Assembly (NCBI RefSeq): GCF_018350175.1
Contig: NC_058368.1
Coordinates: 101,310,001 to 101,374,000, forward strand
DNA from: Felis catus
Lineage: Eukaryota
DNA: 64,000 nucleotides
Direction: 5' to 3'
Shown: in pieces, positions 1 through 13,149 of the stretch
How positions within the stretch are numbered: position 1 is the stretch's first letter
How the letters are laid out: every line of letters begins with the position of its first letter
Notes under the pieces: generated by a model
Told to the model about the DNA's origin: nothing
What the model saw: only the letters and a program-made list of their open reading frames with translations
Database searches by the model: none
Made by a program: the position numbers and the translations under genes

Positions 1-803
1 AAAAAGGAGTTGACAAAATTCAACACCCTTTGAATTAGAAACCAACAAACTAGGAATGGGAGGAAACTACCTCAACATAAAAAAGCCCCTGTATGAAAAA
101 CCCAGAGCTAATTTCATACTCAATCGTGAGAGATTAAAAAGGCTTTTCTCAGCTTGTGAGTTCGAGCTGCTATAAGAGCTAGTAAATGAATTCAACCACA
201 TCAAAGTATACAAGATGTGCAGGCACAATCAGTTGTGTTGCTATACACAACCAATGATCCAAAAAGGGAACGAAGAAAAGAACTCCATTTACAATACCAA
301 CAAAAAGAATATTTAGGGATCAGTGTAACCAAGGAGGCGAAAATCTCGGGCCACAAAACTACAAAGTGTTGCTCCAATAAAAGGTGACACAAATATGGGA
401 TAGAATAAAGAGCTTAGAAGTAAACCCTCACATATACAGTCCATTGATCTTTTTCGCCAAGGGTATCAGAAGCATCAGTAGAGAAACAATAATCTTTTCA
501 ACAAATAGGGCTGAGGAAACTAGATACTCACCTGTAAAAAAAAAAAAAAAAAAAGTGAAGCTGGACCCATATCTTCCACCCTGTATGACACATTAAGTCA
601 AATTGGAATCAAAGATCTAAATTTAAGAGCTAAAATTATAAAACTCTTAGAAGAAGACAGGGGGAAAATCATTACGACATTGAATCTGGCAATGATTTCG
701 AGGGTATGACACTAAAACCACAAGCAGTGGAAGAGAAAATAAAATTGGAGTACCTCAAAATTAAAAATTTTATTTTTAAAAATTTTATTATTAAAAATGA
801 TAA

Positions 804-1000
804 GTGGTGCCTGGGTGGCTCAGTCAGTTAAGCGTCTGACTTCAGCTCAGGTCATGATCTCATGGTTTGTGAGTTTGAGCCCCGTGTCGGGCTCTGTCAG
901 AGCCTGGAGCCTGCTTTGGACGCTGTGTCTCCCTCTTTCTCTGCCCCTCCACTGCTCACATTCTGTCTGTCTGTCTCTCTCTCTCAAAAATAAATATTAA
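804..1000 (+). mobile_element. Can-SINE (felid)
   Basis: tRNA-derived head gcctgggtggctcagtcagttaag, (CT)n region, A-rich tail. Confidence 0.9.
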
Positions 1001-1245
1001 AATTTGTTTTAAAAGGACATAATGAACAGAAAGAAATGCAACTCACAGAATGCAGCAAAATATTGACGAATCGTATCTGATCAGGGTTAATATCCAGATA
1101 TATATATATATAAAAACCCCTCAACAACAACAAAATCAAGCAACCCAATTAAAAATGGAAAAGAACTTGAACAGACTTTTTCCAAAGAAAATATACAACT
1201 GGCCCGTAAGGACTAGAAAAGATGATCAACATCAATAATTATTAA

Positions 1246-1472
1246 ATTTTTTTTCAACGTTTTTTTATTTATTTTTGGGAGAGAGAGAGAGAGAGAGAGA
1301 GAGAGCACGAACGGGGGAGGGGCAGAGAGAGAGGGAGACACAGAATCGGAAACAGGCTCCAGGCTCCGAGCCATCAGCCCAGAGCCCGACGCGGGGCTCG
1401 AACTCACGGACTGTGAGATCGTGACCTGGCTGAAGTCGGACGCTTAACCGACTGCGCCACCCAGACGCCCCG
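1246..1472 (-). mobile_element. Young Can-SINE (SINEC_Fc type) with 17-bp TSD
   Basis: TSD acatcaataattattaa at 1229-1245 and 1473-1489; CpGs retained. Confidence 0.95.
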
Positions 1473-1691
1473 ACATCAATAATTATTAATGTGATTTCAC
1501 ATCAAAACCACGAGGAGATGGCACCTCACACCCACTAGGACGGCCACTGGGAAAATAAGAGTAATAGGCTTTGGCAGGCATATGGAGAAGTGGCAACACT
1601 TGGGCTCTTTTGGGATTGATTATTAAGTAGTATAGCCACTGTGCCAAACAGTATGGCATTTTCTCAAAAAATGAAAAGTGGGACAACTGCC

Positions 1692-2082
1692 CTGTAATTG
1701 TCAGGGTTCCACAGAGAAAGAACCAGTAGAGGTTTGCAGAGAACAGAACACAAGGAGAATTATTGTGAAGAATTGATTCCAGATTACGGAGGCCGACAAA
1801 TCCCACGATCTGCTGTCTGCAGGCTAGCGTCCCGTAAAGTCCTGCGGCGTGGTTCAGTCTGAGTCTGAAGCTCTCAGAACCAGGGCCGCCAATGATGTCA
1901 ATCCTAGTCTAAGTAGAAGATTCGAGGCCCTGTCCAGCGCAAACAGTGAGGCAGGACAAAAAGGGATGAATCTCTCCCGCTTGTGCCTTCTGTTGTATTC
2001 AGGGGCTCAGTGGATTGGATGATGCCCACCCCCTTTAGGGAGGGCAGTTTACTGGGCCTGCCAATTCAAATACTAATCTCAG
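1692..2082 (-). mobile_element. ERVL MLT2-type LTR fragment
   Basis: tgtaattgtcagggttccacagagaaagaacc start and gtggattggatgatgcccacc motif resemble the reverse complement of MLT2. Confidence 0.7.
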
Positions 2083-2460
2083 GTGGAAAAAGATTCTGAC
2101 CTAGGTCACAACATGGATGAGCCGTGAGGGTAATGTCCTAAGTGAAATCTGCCCATCAGAAAAGGACACATATTGTATAATCCCGCTTAGATGGGGTAGC
2201 TAGTATAGTCCGATTCTCCAGTTCAAAGAGGTGGAAAGTAGAAAGCTGGTTGCCAGGGGCCAGGGGAACAGGGAGTTCTTGTTCATTGAGGGTGGAGTTT
2301 CAGTTTTGCAGGATGATAAAGGGTTCTGGAGATGGATGGATGGTGATTATGGCTGCAGAGCAGTGACACGTATTTCGTGCCAAATGTACACTTCAAAAAT
2401 GGTTAAGGTGGCTAAAGTAAAAAATACTACTAATAAAAATGAAAATGAAAAAATTTAGAA

Positions 2461-2900
2461 AGGGACACCTGGGTGGCTCAGTTGGTTGAGTGTCCAACAC
2501 TTGATGTCAGCTCAGGTCGTGATCCCAGGATCATGGCCTGGAGTCCCAGGTTGGGCTCCACACTAAGTGTGGAGCCTGCTTAAAAATGCTCTCTCTCGGG
2601 GCGCCTGGGTGGCGCAGTCGGTTAAGCGTCCGACTTCAGCCAGGTCACGATCTCGCGGTCCATGAGTTCGAGCCCCGCGTCAGGCTCTGGGCTGATGGCT
2701 CAGAGCCTGGAGCCTGTTTCCGATTCTGTGTCTCCCTCTCTCTCTGCCCCTCCCCGGTTCATGCTCTGTCTCTCTCTGTCCCAAAAGTAAAAATAAAACG
2801 TTGAAAAAAAAATTAAAAAAAAAAATGCTCTCTCTCCCTCTGCCCCTCCTCCACTTATGCACAAGTGTCCTCTCTATATCTCTACAATAAACATTTTTTA
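2461..2900 (+). mobile_element. Older Can-SINE containing a nested young SINE (2598-2825)
   Basis: Inner SINE flanked by TSD aaaaatgctctctctc at 2582-2597 and 2821-2836. Confidence 0.92.
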
Positions 2901-4325
2901 AATGGTTAACATGTTAAATTCTATGTTGCGTGGTCTACATAATTAAAAAAATAATTTTAACACAGAATTTCAAACCCCACTTGCCCTTCCTGAATCTGAG
3001 TTTGCATTTTAACAAGACCACCCCTTGTTTTGCATGCATATTAAAATTTGAGACGCATCTGCCTAGAAAGGCATCCCACACTGGGTTGCTCACCTCCACC
3101 CCACCCCCAACACACACGCAGCCACACTCTGTGCCGGTGATACCCCCACAGGCAGGGGTTAATGAGAATGAGCAGAACTGACCCACCTAAGAGCTAACTC
3201 GGGCATTTTATGTAAGAACTCTGGAGATAACGGGAGGAAGAAATTGTTGGAACTCTGAGCCATCTACCTAGAGGAGGGCACTGGGGCTTCTCTGTCCTTT
3301 ACTTTTCTCTCTTTATTCCTCCCCAGTCTGACCAGGGGATCGAGTGTGAAGGTTTCTGGGGCACTCATTGTAAAGTTTGATAGTGCCCGCCAGAAGCAGA
3401 CTGTTAGCTCATTGCCCTGTCGAATGCTAAATTACCTTTAGACTCACCATTCATAACCTGCTGAGCAGGGAGGGGCAGACCTGGTGAGGGACAGTAGGGT
3501 GGGGACAGAGAGCAGTGGCCTGCGTCGCTTCCAGCTGTGTGGGGATCCCATAGGTCAGGGGATGCTGCAGAAGGGAGCTGGGCCTGAGACCACTTGCCGG
3601 AACCCACCAAAAAGCCACGAATGAGAGGCTACAGGTTGTAGCCCCACCCACACCCCGGGGATCAGAGTCGAGGAGGGTTGAAAGAGGTCGCATGGAGCTG
3701 GATGCTTCATCTCAGAGAACAGTACAGCAGAGGGTCTGCAAATTCCTCATTCTCCCTCCCATGAGGAAACCTCACACACAGGACCCAGGAAAGCGCCACC
3801 TTTGGACCTGCCACAAAGAGTGTGTCAAACACCAGCCATGTTAGAGCAGCCGCAGCCCCAAAACTGGAAGATAGAATCGCAGCCGGACAGATGAGTGTGT
3901 CTCTTTCCTTCCCTCTCTCACGTCCTCGAACCTATGAAAAAAGGTAGAGCCAGGAAGAGGAAGGAGGTGGAGTTTGCTAGAAACTAACCTGACCCAGCGC
4001 TGAGAATTTCCCAACTGAGAATCTCCCAAGACCGAAGCTTGGTCTTGGATAGAATGGGGTGGAGGTTCATGACTGACTAATGGGATGATTTGAAAGATTT
4101 TTTTTTTTCATTAGGTAATACATTTCTGCAGTTCAACTTTCCAAAGTAACTAAAGGTTGCAGGGTGAAAAGTCTACCTGCCACACCAGTGCCCCCAGCGA
4201 AATAGGTGCTCACTAAAGGAAAACCAGCGTGCTCAGTCTTGGGGATCCTTCTGGAGAGAGTCTGCACGGGCACAACCAACAATGAGTGTTCACCGTGTTG
4301 GTTTTTCCACTTAAAAGTACAGGAA

Positions 4326-4545
4326 GGGGCGCCTGGGTGGCGCAGTCGGTTAAGCGTCCGATTTCAGCCAGGTCACGATCTCGCGGTCCGTGAGTTCGAG
4401 CCCCGCGTCAGGCTCTGGGCTGATGGCTCAGAGCCTGGAGCCTGTTTCCGATTCTGTGTCTCCCTCTCTCTCTGCCCCTCCCCCGTTCATGCTCTCTCTC
4501 TGTCCCAAAAATAAATAAACGTTGAAAAAAAAAAACAAATTTAAA
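4326..4545 (+). mobile_element. Young Can-SINE with TSD aaaagtacaggaa
   Basis: Consensus-like SINE; TSD at 4313-4325 and 4544-4556. Confidence 0.95.
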
Positions 4546-4556
4546 AAGTACAGGAA

Positions 4557-5220
4557 ATGACTACAATGAGATACCTCTTACCCACCTACCAGAATGGATC
4601 AAAAAAGATTGACCCGAGGACGTGTTGACATAAATGTGGTAACTGGAATCCTCATATATCACTGGTTGAGAGTGTAAAACGGGACAACTACTTTCAAAGT
4701 GTTTGGCAGTTTATAGCAAAGTTAAACATACACTGTTCTCTGACTCAGCAGTTTTACTTGTTGGCATCCACTCAAGAAAATTGAATGCAGATGTCCCCAA
4801 AAAGACTTGTACGCGTTCTTCATGTCAGCTTTATTCATCATAGCCAAAAATTAGAAATCACACAAACCCACCAACAGCAGAATGGACAAATTGTGAATAT
4901 TCACACAGCAAAATACCACTCAACAAGGCTGAAAAGGAAAAGAGCGAACTGCTGACATATGTAACAACATGGATGAATTTGAAAAACATGGGAGTGAAAG
5001 AAGCCAGACATTACATGGTAGGATTCCATTTACATGAAATACCAGCACAAGCAAAACTAAGCTATGATGATAGAAGTCGGAATAGTATTTCCATTTTGTT
5101 GGGAAGGGAGTCAAGAGGAGCAGTGGATACTGCCTTCAAAGGTATACAAGGGAATTTTCTGGGAGTGGTGGAAACATTTTACCTCCTGATCTGAGCGGTG
5201 GTGCCATGGGTGGATATACA
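4557..5220 (+). mobile_element. Old L1 3' end fragment (L1MC/MD-like)
   Basis: ctacaatgagatacc, aacaacatggatgaatttgaaaaacat, ggattccatttacatgaaat motifs. Confidence 0.7.
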
Positions 5221-5228
5221 TATATATA

Positions 5229-5265
<37 letters not shown>

Positions 5266-5268
5266 ATA

Positions 5269-5313
<45 letters not shown>
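5215..5313. repeat. Compound (TG)n/(TA)n microsatellite
   Basis: Directly visible. Confidence 0.95.
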
Positions 5314-5315
<2 letters not shown>

Positions 5316-5351
5316 TACTGTATATAAGCTACGTATTAATGAAGTATCAGA

Positions 5352-5560
5352 GGGGCGCCTGGGTGGATTAGTCGGTTAAGTGCCTAACTTTGGCTCAGGT
5401 CGTGATCTCATGATCTCATGGTTGGTGGGTTCAAGCCCCATATCAGGGTCTGTGCTGACAGCTCAGAGCCTGGAGCCTACTTCAGATTCTGTGTCTCCCT
5501 CTCTCTCTGCTCCTCCCCCACTCATGCTCTGTCTCCTCAAAAAAAAAAAATTAAAAAAAT
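5352..5560 (+). mobile_element. Can-SINE with TSD ttaatgaagtatca
   Basis: TSD at 5336-5349 and 5561-5574. Confidence 0.92.
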
Positions 5561-5619
5561 TTAATGAAGTATCATAAAAATATGAGAGCTAATATTTAAC
5601 AAGAATGAAATTTACATTA

Positions 5620-8338
5620 TATATGTATGTGTGTGTATATATATATATATAATTTATTGTCAAATTGGTTTCCATACAACACCCAGTGCTCCTCCCAACA
5701 CAGGTGCCCTCCTCAATGCCCATCACCCACTTTCCCCTCTCCCCCACCCCCCATCAACCCTCAGTTTGTTCCCAGTATCTAAGAGTCTCTTATGGTTTGC
5801 CACCCTCCCTCTCTGTAACTTTTTCCCCCCTTCCCCCTCCCCCATGGTCTTCTGTTAAGTTTCTCAGGATCCACATATGAGTGAAAACATATGGTATCTG
5901 TCTTTCTCTGTATGGCTTATTTCACTTAGCATCACACTCTCCAGTTCTATCCACATTGCTGCAAATGGCCAGATTTCACTCTTTCTCATTGCCAAGTAGT
6001 ATTCCGTGTATATATAAACAACATCTTCTTTATCCATTCGTCAGTTGATAGACATTTAGGCTCTTTTCATAATTTGGCTATTGTGGAAAGCGCTGCTATA
6101 AACATTGGGGTACACATGCCCCTATGCATCAGCACTCCTGTATTCCTTGGGTAAATTCCTAGAAGTGCTATTGCTGGGTCATAGGGTAGATCTATTTTCC
6201 ATTTTTGGAGGAACCTCCACACTGTTTTCCAGAGCAGCTGCACCAGTCTGCATTCCAACCAACAGTGCAAGAGGGTTCCCGTTTCTCCACATCCTCTCCA
6301 GCATCTATAGTCTCCTGATTTGTTCATTTTAGCTGCTCTGACTGGTGTGAGGTGATATCTCAGTGTGGTTTTGGTTTGTATTTTCCTGATGAGGAGTGAC
6401 GTTGAGCATCGTTTCATGTGTCTGTTGGCCATCTGGATGTCTTCTTTGGAAAAGTGTCTATTCATGTCTTCTGCCCATTTCTTCACTGGGTTATTTGTTT
6501 TTTGGGTGTGGACTTTGGTGAGTTCTTTATAGATTTTGGATACTAGCCCTTTGTCTGATATGTCATTTGCAAATATCTTCCCATTCCATCAGTTGCCTTT
6601 TAGTTTTGTTGATTGTTTCCTTTGCCTTGAAGAAGCTTTTTACCTTGATGAGGTCCCAGTAGTTATTTTTGCTTTTAATTCCTTTGCCTTTGGAGATGTG
6701 TCAAATAAGAAATTGCTGCAGCTGAGGTCACAGAGGTGTTTTCCTGCTTTCTTCTCTAGGGTTTTGATGGTTTCCTGTCTCACATTCAGGTCCTTCATCC
6801 ATTTTGAGTTTATTTTTGTGAAAGTGGTCTAGTTTTATTCTTCTGCATGTTGCTGTCCAGTTCCCCCAGCACCATTTGTTAAAGAGATTGTCCTTTTTCC
6901 ATTGGATACTCTTTCCTGCTTTGTCAAAGATTAGTTGGTCATACATTTGTGGGTCTAATTCTGAGGTCTCTCTTCTATTCCATTGGTCTCTTTGTCAGTT
7001 TTTGTGCCAATACCATGCTGTCTTGATGATTATAGCTTTGTAGTACAGGCTGAAGTCTGGGATTGTGATGCCTCCCGCTTTGGTCTTCTTCTTCAATATT
7101 AGTTTGGCTATTTGGGGTCTTTTGTGGTTCCATACAAATTTTAGGATTGCTTGTTCTAGCTTTGAGAAGAATGCTGGTGCCATTCTGATTGGGATTGCAT
7201 TGAATGTGTACATTGCTTTGGGTAGTATTGACATGTTAACAATATTTATTCTTCCAATCCATGAGCACAGAATGTTTTTCCATTACTTTGTATCTTCTTC
7301 AATTTCCTTCATCAGCTTTCTATAGTTTTCAGCATACAGATCTTTTACATCTTTGGTTAGATTTATTCCTAGGTATTTTATGATTCTTGGTGCAATTTAT
7401 TTCTCTTTCTGTTGCTTCATTATTGGTATATAAAAATGCAACTGATTTCTGTACATTAATTTTGTACCCTGCGACTTTGCTGAATTCATGTATCAGTTCT
7501 AGCAGTCTTTGGGTGGAGTCTGCTGGTTTTCCATGTAGAGTATCATGTCGTCTGCAAAAAGTGAAAGTTTGACTTCATCTTTGCCAATTTTGATGCCTTT
7601 GATTGAATTTTGTTGTCTGATTGCTGATGCTAGGACTTCCAACACTATGTTAAATAACAGTGGTCAGAGTGGACATCCCTGTCGTGTTCCTGATATCAGG
7701 GGGAAGCTCTCAGTTTTTCCCCATTGAGGTGATATTAGCTGTGGGCTTTTTAAAATGGCTTTTATGATGTTTAAGTATGTTCCTCCTATCCCAACTTTCT
7801 CAAGGGTTTTTATTAAAAAAGGATGCTGTATTTTGTCAGATGCTTTTTCTGCATCGATTGACAGGATCATATGGTTCTTATCTTTTCTTTTATTAATGTA
7901 ATGTATCACACTGATTGATTTGCGAATATTGAACCAGCCCTGCATCCCAGGAATGAATCCCACTTGATCATGGTGAATAATTCTTTTTATATGCTGTTGA
8001 ATTCGATGTGCCAGTATCTTGTTGAGAATTTCTGCATCCATATTCATCAGGGATATTGGCTTGTAGTTCCTTTTTTTTGTTGGGTCTCTGTATGGTTTGG
8101 GAATCAAAGTAATACTGGCTTCATAGAATGAGTCTGGAAGTTTTCCATCCCTTTCTATTTTTTGGAGCAGCTTGAGATGGATAGATACTGTATCTGCTTT
8201 AAATGTCTGGTAGAATTCCCCAGGGAAGCCATCTGGTCCTGGACTCTTATTTGTTGGGAGATTTTTGATAACTGATTCAATTTCTTCACTAGTTATGGGT
8301 CTTTTCAAATTTTCTATTTCTTCCCATTTGAGTTTTGG

Positions 8339-8392
<54 letters not shown>

Positions 8393-11005
8393 AGAAATTT
8401 GTCCATTTCTTCCAGGTTGTCCATTTTGTTGGCATATAATTTTTCATAGTATTCCCTGATGATTGCTTGCATTTCTGAGGGATTGGTTGTAATCATTCCA
8501 TTTTCATTCATGATTTTATCTCTTTGGGTCCTCTCCCTTTTCTTTTTGAGAAGCCTGGCTAGAGGTTTATCAATTTTGTTTATTTTTTCAAAAAACCAGC
8601 TCTTGGTTTCATTGATCTGCTCTACAGTTTGTTTGTTTGCATTCTATATGTTTATTTCTGCTCTGATCTTTATTATTTCTCCTCTTCTGCTGGGTTTGGG
8701 GTGTCTTTGCTGTTCTGCTTCTATTTCCTTTAGGTGTGCTATTAAATTTTGTATTTGGGATTTTTCTTGTTTCTGGAGATAGGCCTGGATTGCATTGTAT
8801 TTTCCTCTTAGATTGCCTTTGCTGCATCCCAAAGGGTTTGGATTGTTGTATTTTCATTTTCATTTGTTTCTGTATATTTTTAAATTTCTTCTCTAATTGC
8901 CTGGTTGACCCATTCATTCTTTAGTAGGATGTTCTTTAACCTCCTTGCTTTTGGAGGTTTTCCAGACTTTATCCTGTGGTTGATTTCAAGTTTCATAGCA
9001 TTGTGATCTGAAAGTGTGCATGGTATGATCTCAATTCTTTTATACTTATTAAGGGCTGTTTTGTGACCCAGTATGTGATCTATCTTGGAGAATATTCCAT
9101 GTGCACTCGACAAGAAAGCATATTCTGTTGCTTTGGGATGCAGAGTTCTAAATATATCTGTCAAGTCCATCTGGTCCAATGTATCATTCAGGGCCATTGT
9201 TTCTTTACTGATTCTCTGTCTAGATGATCCATTGTTGTGAATGGAGTATTAAAGTCCCCTGCAATTACCACATTCTTATCAATAAGGTTACTTATGTTTG
9301 TGATTGTTTTATACATTTGGGGGTCTCTAAATTTGGTGCATAGACATTTATAATTGTTAGCTCTTCCCGATTGATAGACCCTGTAATTATTATATAATGC
9401 CCTTCTTCATCTCTTGTTACAGCCTTTAATTTAAAGTCTAGTTTGTCTAAGTATGGCCACTCCATCTTTCCTTTGACTTCCAGAAGCATGATAGATAGTT
9501 GTCCATTCCCTCACTTTCAATCTGAAGGTGTCCTCGGGTCTAAAATGAGTCTCTTGTAGACAGCAAATAGATGGGTCTTGTTTTTTTATTCATCCTGATA
9601 CCCTATGTCTTTTGGTTGGAGCATTTAGTCCATTTACATTCAGTGTTACTATTGAAAGATATGGGTTTAGAGTTATTGTGATGTTTGTAAGTTTCATGCT
9701 TGTAGTGATGTCTCTGTACTTTGTGGTCCTTGCAACATTTCATTCACAGAGACTCCCTTAGGATTTCTTGTAGGGCTGGTTCAATGGTGATGAATTCCTT
9801 CAGTTTTTGTTTGTTTGGGAAGACCTTTATCTCTCCTTCTATTCTGAATGACAGACTTGCTGGATAAAGGATTCTTGGCTGCATATTTTCCCTGTTCATC
9901 ACATTGAAGATTTCCTGCCATTCCTTTCTGGCCAAGTTTCAGTAGACAGATCCGTCACTAGTCTTATTGGTCTCCCTTTACATGTTAGAGCATGTTTATT
10001 CCTAGCTGCTTTCAGAATTCTCTCTTTATCCTTGTATTTTGCCAGTTTCACTATGATATGTCATGCAGAAGATCGATTCAAGTTACGTCTGAAGGGAGTT
10101 CTCTGTGCCTCTTGGATTTCAGTGCCTTTTTCCTTCCCCAGATCAGGGAAGTTCTCAGCTATGATTTGTTCAAAGAGAACACCTTTGGCCCCTCTGTCTC
10201 TCTTCTTCTGGAATTCCTGTGATACAGATATTGTTCCATTTGATGGAATCACTTCGTTCTCTAATTCTCCCCTTGTAATCCTGGATTTTTTAAATCTTTT
10301 TCTCAGGTTCCTCTTTTTCCATAATTTTATCTTCTAATTCACCTATTCTCCCCTCTGCTTCTTCAATCCATGCTTTGGCCACCTCCATTTTATTTTGCAC
10401 CTCATTTATAGCATTTTTTAATTCATCATGACTATTTTTTAGTCCCTTGATCTCCATAGCAATAGATCCTCCACTGTTCTCTATGCTTTTTTCAAGCCCA
10501 GTGATTAATTTTATGACTGTTATTCTAAATTCTTGTTCAGTTATATTGCTTAAATCGGTTTTGATCAGTTTGTTAGCTGTCACTTCTTCCTGGAATTCTT
10601 TTTGAGGAGAATTCTTTTGTTTCATCATTTTGGCTAGTTTTCTGTCCCATATGAGTTTTAAAAGTTTGTTGTGTGCTCTGCACCTGTGAGCACTGCTATC
10701 TTAAAGGAGGGTCATACACTGTCCAGGGCCTGGCCATTCAGGTGGTGTTTTTTGGAGCGTGTTATTACTTGTTCTCTGTTGTTGTGACTTTCCTACTCAT
10801 AGTGATGTTTTGGACCCTCCACCAGATGTACTTTGATTTGTTCCTTGGAGTTCCTGTCATTTCTCAAGTTGTCCCATTTTCTTCCTGTTAGATTCAATCT
10901 CTTTTCCTCCCAGACTCTTGGGGTTCAAACTCCTTTGGCTTCAGCACTTCTTTGTTTGAGAGACGAGGGCAGTATGGATCCCCCTTATTCTCCACCATGT
11001 TGGCC
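5620..11005 (-). mobile_element. Felid/carnivore LINE-1, near full length, inactivated (ORF1 ~9700-10628, ORF2 ~6070-9560), short 5' UTR
   Basis: ORF fragments: MMKQKNSPQK (ORF1 start), MQPRILYPA (ORF1 C-term), endonuclease [14 protein letters not shown]...RQGCPL, C-terminal [15 protein letters not shown]; many frameshifts and stops. Confidence 0.95.
8341..8390. repeat. (GT)25 microsatellite inside L1 ORF2
   Basis: Directly visible. Confidence 0.97.
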
Positions 11006-12505
11006 TGAAATTTGAATTTTCAACAGAGCTTTGACAGCCCAAAATGACTAGAAAGTTTTGACATCTGTCCATGATGTAGGTAAGTATAGGAGATATTCAA
11101 CAGAGTAGAAGAAGTGAGTGCATAGAAATGAAGTGGATTCATTCTTCTGTTTTATTGAGTAAATTCTGCTCGATAAATCACTTATAATTTCATTATGGAA
11201 CATTCTGTTACACATAAAATGATGCTGTAGGTTCTTTATGCAACACATAGTCATGAGTTGTTTAAAAAGGAATATGAATAGCAAATAAACATTCAGGAGA
11301 ACAGTCAGTGGGGAAAGAAAGGAGTCACTGGATTCAGAAAAGGGATCCCGAATTGACCCCAAATTCAATCTGATTTTTTTTCTTGAAGGGAAAAGATGAA
11401 AAACTAATAAAATGTTAATATTTTAAATTTAGGGGGTGTCTTTAAGAGTGTTTATTACATTTGTATCTGCACCCATTATTTCAAATATCTCCTATTAAAA
11501 ATGGTTTTTATTTATTAATAGAGAATTATCTGAGATTTACTGCAAGCCATCACAACTTTATAGCCTCCTTGTAATGGTGTTAAACAGGCAAAATGTGTGC
11601 TTGTATATTAAACTTCATGAAGAATATCCAAGAAATTATTAGTCATCACCCCTGGGTTAGGAAAGAATCTTAAATCCACTATATAATCTCTAGTAGTAAT
11701 TGAATATTTCTTTTCAGTGTTACTTATTAATAATGTAATTCAGTAAGTGGTTTAAATTATACGACCTTTTAGGTATTTGTAGGTTCTAAAATGTTATAAT
11801 GATACAGTTTTCTGGAAGGGACTTTATTGTCAGATCTGAAGACATAGTTTTGACATGGCACATATTTTGAGTAGTAGTACTGTATTAAAATTAGGGGGAA
11901 AAGCATAAATATTATCCTGTTCCTTTAGTCAGCATTATACCTGTACTACCCCTTAAATGTAAAGTTCCTGAATATTAGTGTATATGTGTTCTGTTGCCAC
12001 TGCACTAGATTTTTCCCCCAGTTTTATTGAGAAGTAGCTGACATCCATCACTATGTCAGTTTAAGTCACACAGCTTGATGGTTTGATTTACATATATTGT
12101 AAAAGGAATCCCACAGCAGTTAACAGCTAACCCGCTGGAATTTCTGTCCCTTTCCCAGAAGACCCCTGATGACAACAATGTCCTTACTCACTAATAGTTT
12201 CTCTGGGATGAGTGTTTGCCAGTCTGTGTTCTTTTTTTCCCCTTTTGATTCCTTCAATTCTGTATTTCCTTTTTGAATTCAATACAATTTTGCAAACAGT
12301 CTGAACTTCCTTGTGAAGAAAAGCAAATGTAAACCTGTACATAGTATCAGCTAACTTCATGCACAGTACTTTCCGTTTGTGCTGCACCTGTGGCCATGGC
12401 AGTCTGTGACATACAGAAAAGATTTCTTGGTTTCTGTATTTTGTGTTTCAAAAAGCAAAGGAGGCTGTGATACATTAAGCAAAGATTTATCTTTAAAATG
12501 GTTCA

Positions 12506-12729
12506 GGGCCGCCTGGGTGGCTCAGTCGGTTGGGCGTCCGACTTCAGCTCAGGTCATGATCTCGTGGTCCATGAGTTCGAGCCCCGCGTTGGGCTCTGGG
12601 CTGATGGCTCAGAGCCTGGAGCCTGCTTCAGATTCTGTATCTCCCTCTCTCTCTGACCCTCCACCATTCATGCTCTGTCTCTCTCTGTGTCAAAAATAAA
12701 TAAACGTTAAAAAAATTAAAAAAAAAAAA
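12506..12729 (+). mobile_element. Can-SINE
   Basis: TSD aaaa(t/c)ggttca at 12495-12505 and 12726-12736. Confidence 0.93.
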
Positions 12730-12907
12730 CGGTTCAAATAAGCATTCTCCAATATGGTAACCACTCAAACCTCAGTGACGTGGAACATCCATGTAGATGG
12801 AAAAGTACATGCCCTAATAGGGCTGAACAAATGTATTACCACTGCATTAAATAATAAGAAGTAAATACAGTTGAACAGACAACCAAGAATACCATGGTAG
12901 GTATTAT

Positions 12908-13116
12908 TTTTTAAATGCTTGTTTTTGAGAGACAGAGACAGAGACAGAGCATGAGCAGGGCAGGGGCAGAGAGAGAGGGAGACACAACGTCCGAAGCAGG
13001 CTCCAGGCTCTGAGCTCTCAGCCCAGAGCCCGATGCGGGGCTCGAACTCATGAACCACGAGATCATGAGCTGAGCAGAAGTCAGACACTTAACCACCTGA
13101 GCCACCCAGGCACCCC
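12908..13116 (-). mobile_element. Can-SINE
   Basis: Reverse-complement SINE ending ...gagccacccaggcacccc. Confidence 0.92.
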
Positions 13117-13149
13117 TGCAGCTATTATGTTAATATAAACATTTTTGTT

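Larger units (their letters stand above)
1..2950 (+). mobile_element. Old decayed LINE-1 (ORF2 3' part plus L1MB-like 3' UTR), interrupted by SINEs and an LTR
   Basis: L1 ORF2-like sequence (gacaaaattcaacaccc, aagctggacccatatctt) and L1MB-type 3' end (ttctggagatggatggatggtga...tacacttcaaaaatggttaa). Confidence 0.8.

Noticed and set aside
6067..10628. RT, endonuclease and ORF1 ORFs as an active retroelement or new RT system
   Set aside because: Ordinary L1 fragments broken by many frameshifts, stops and a microsatellite
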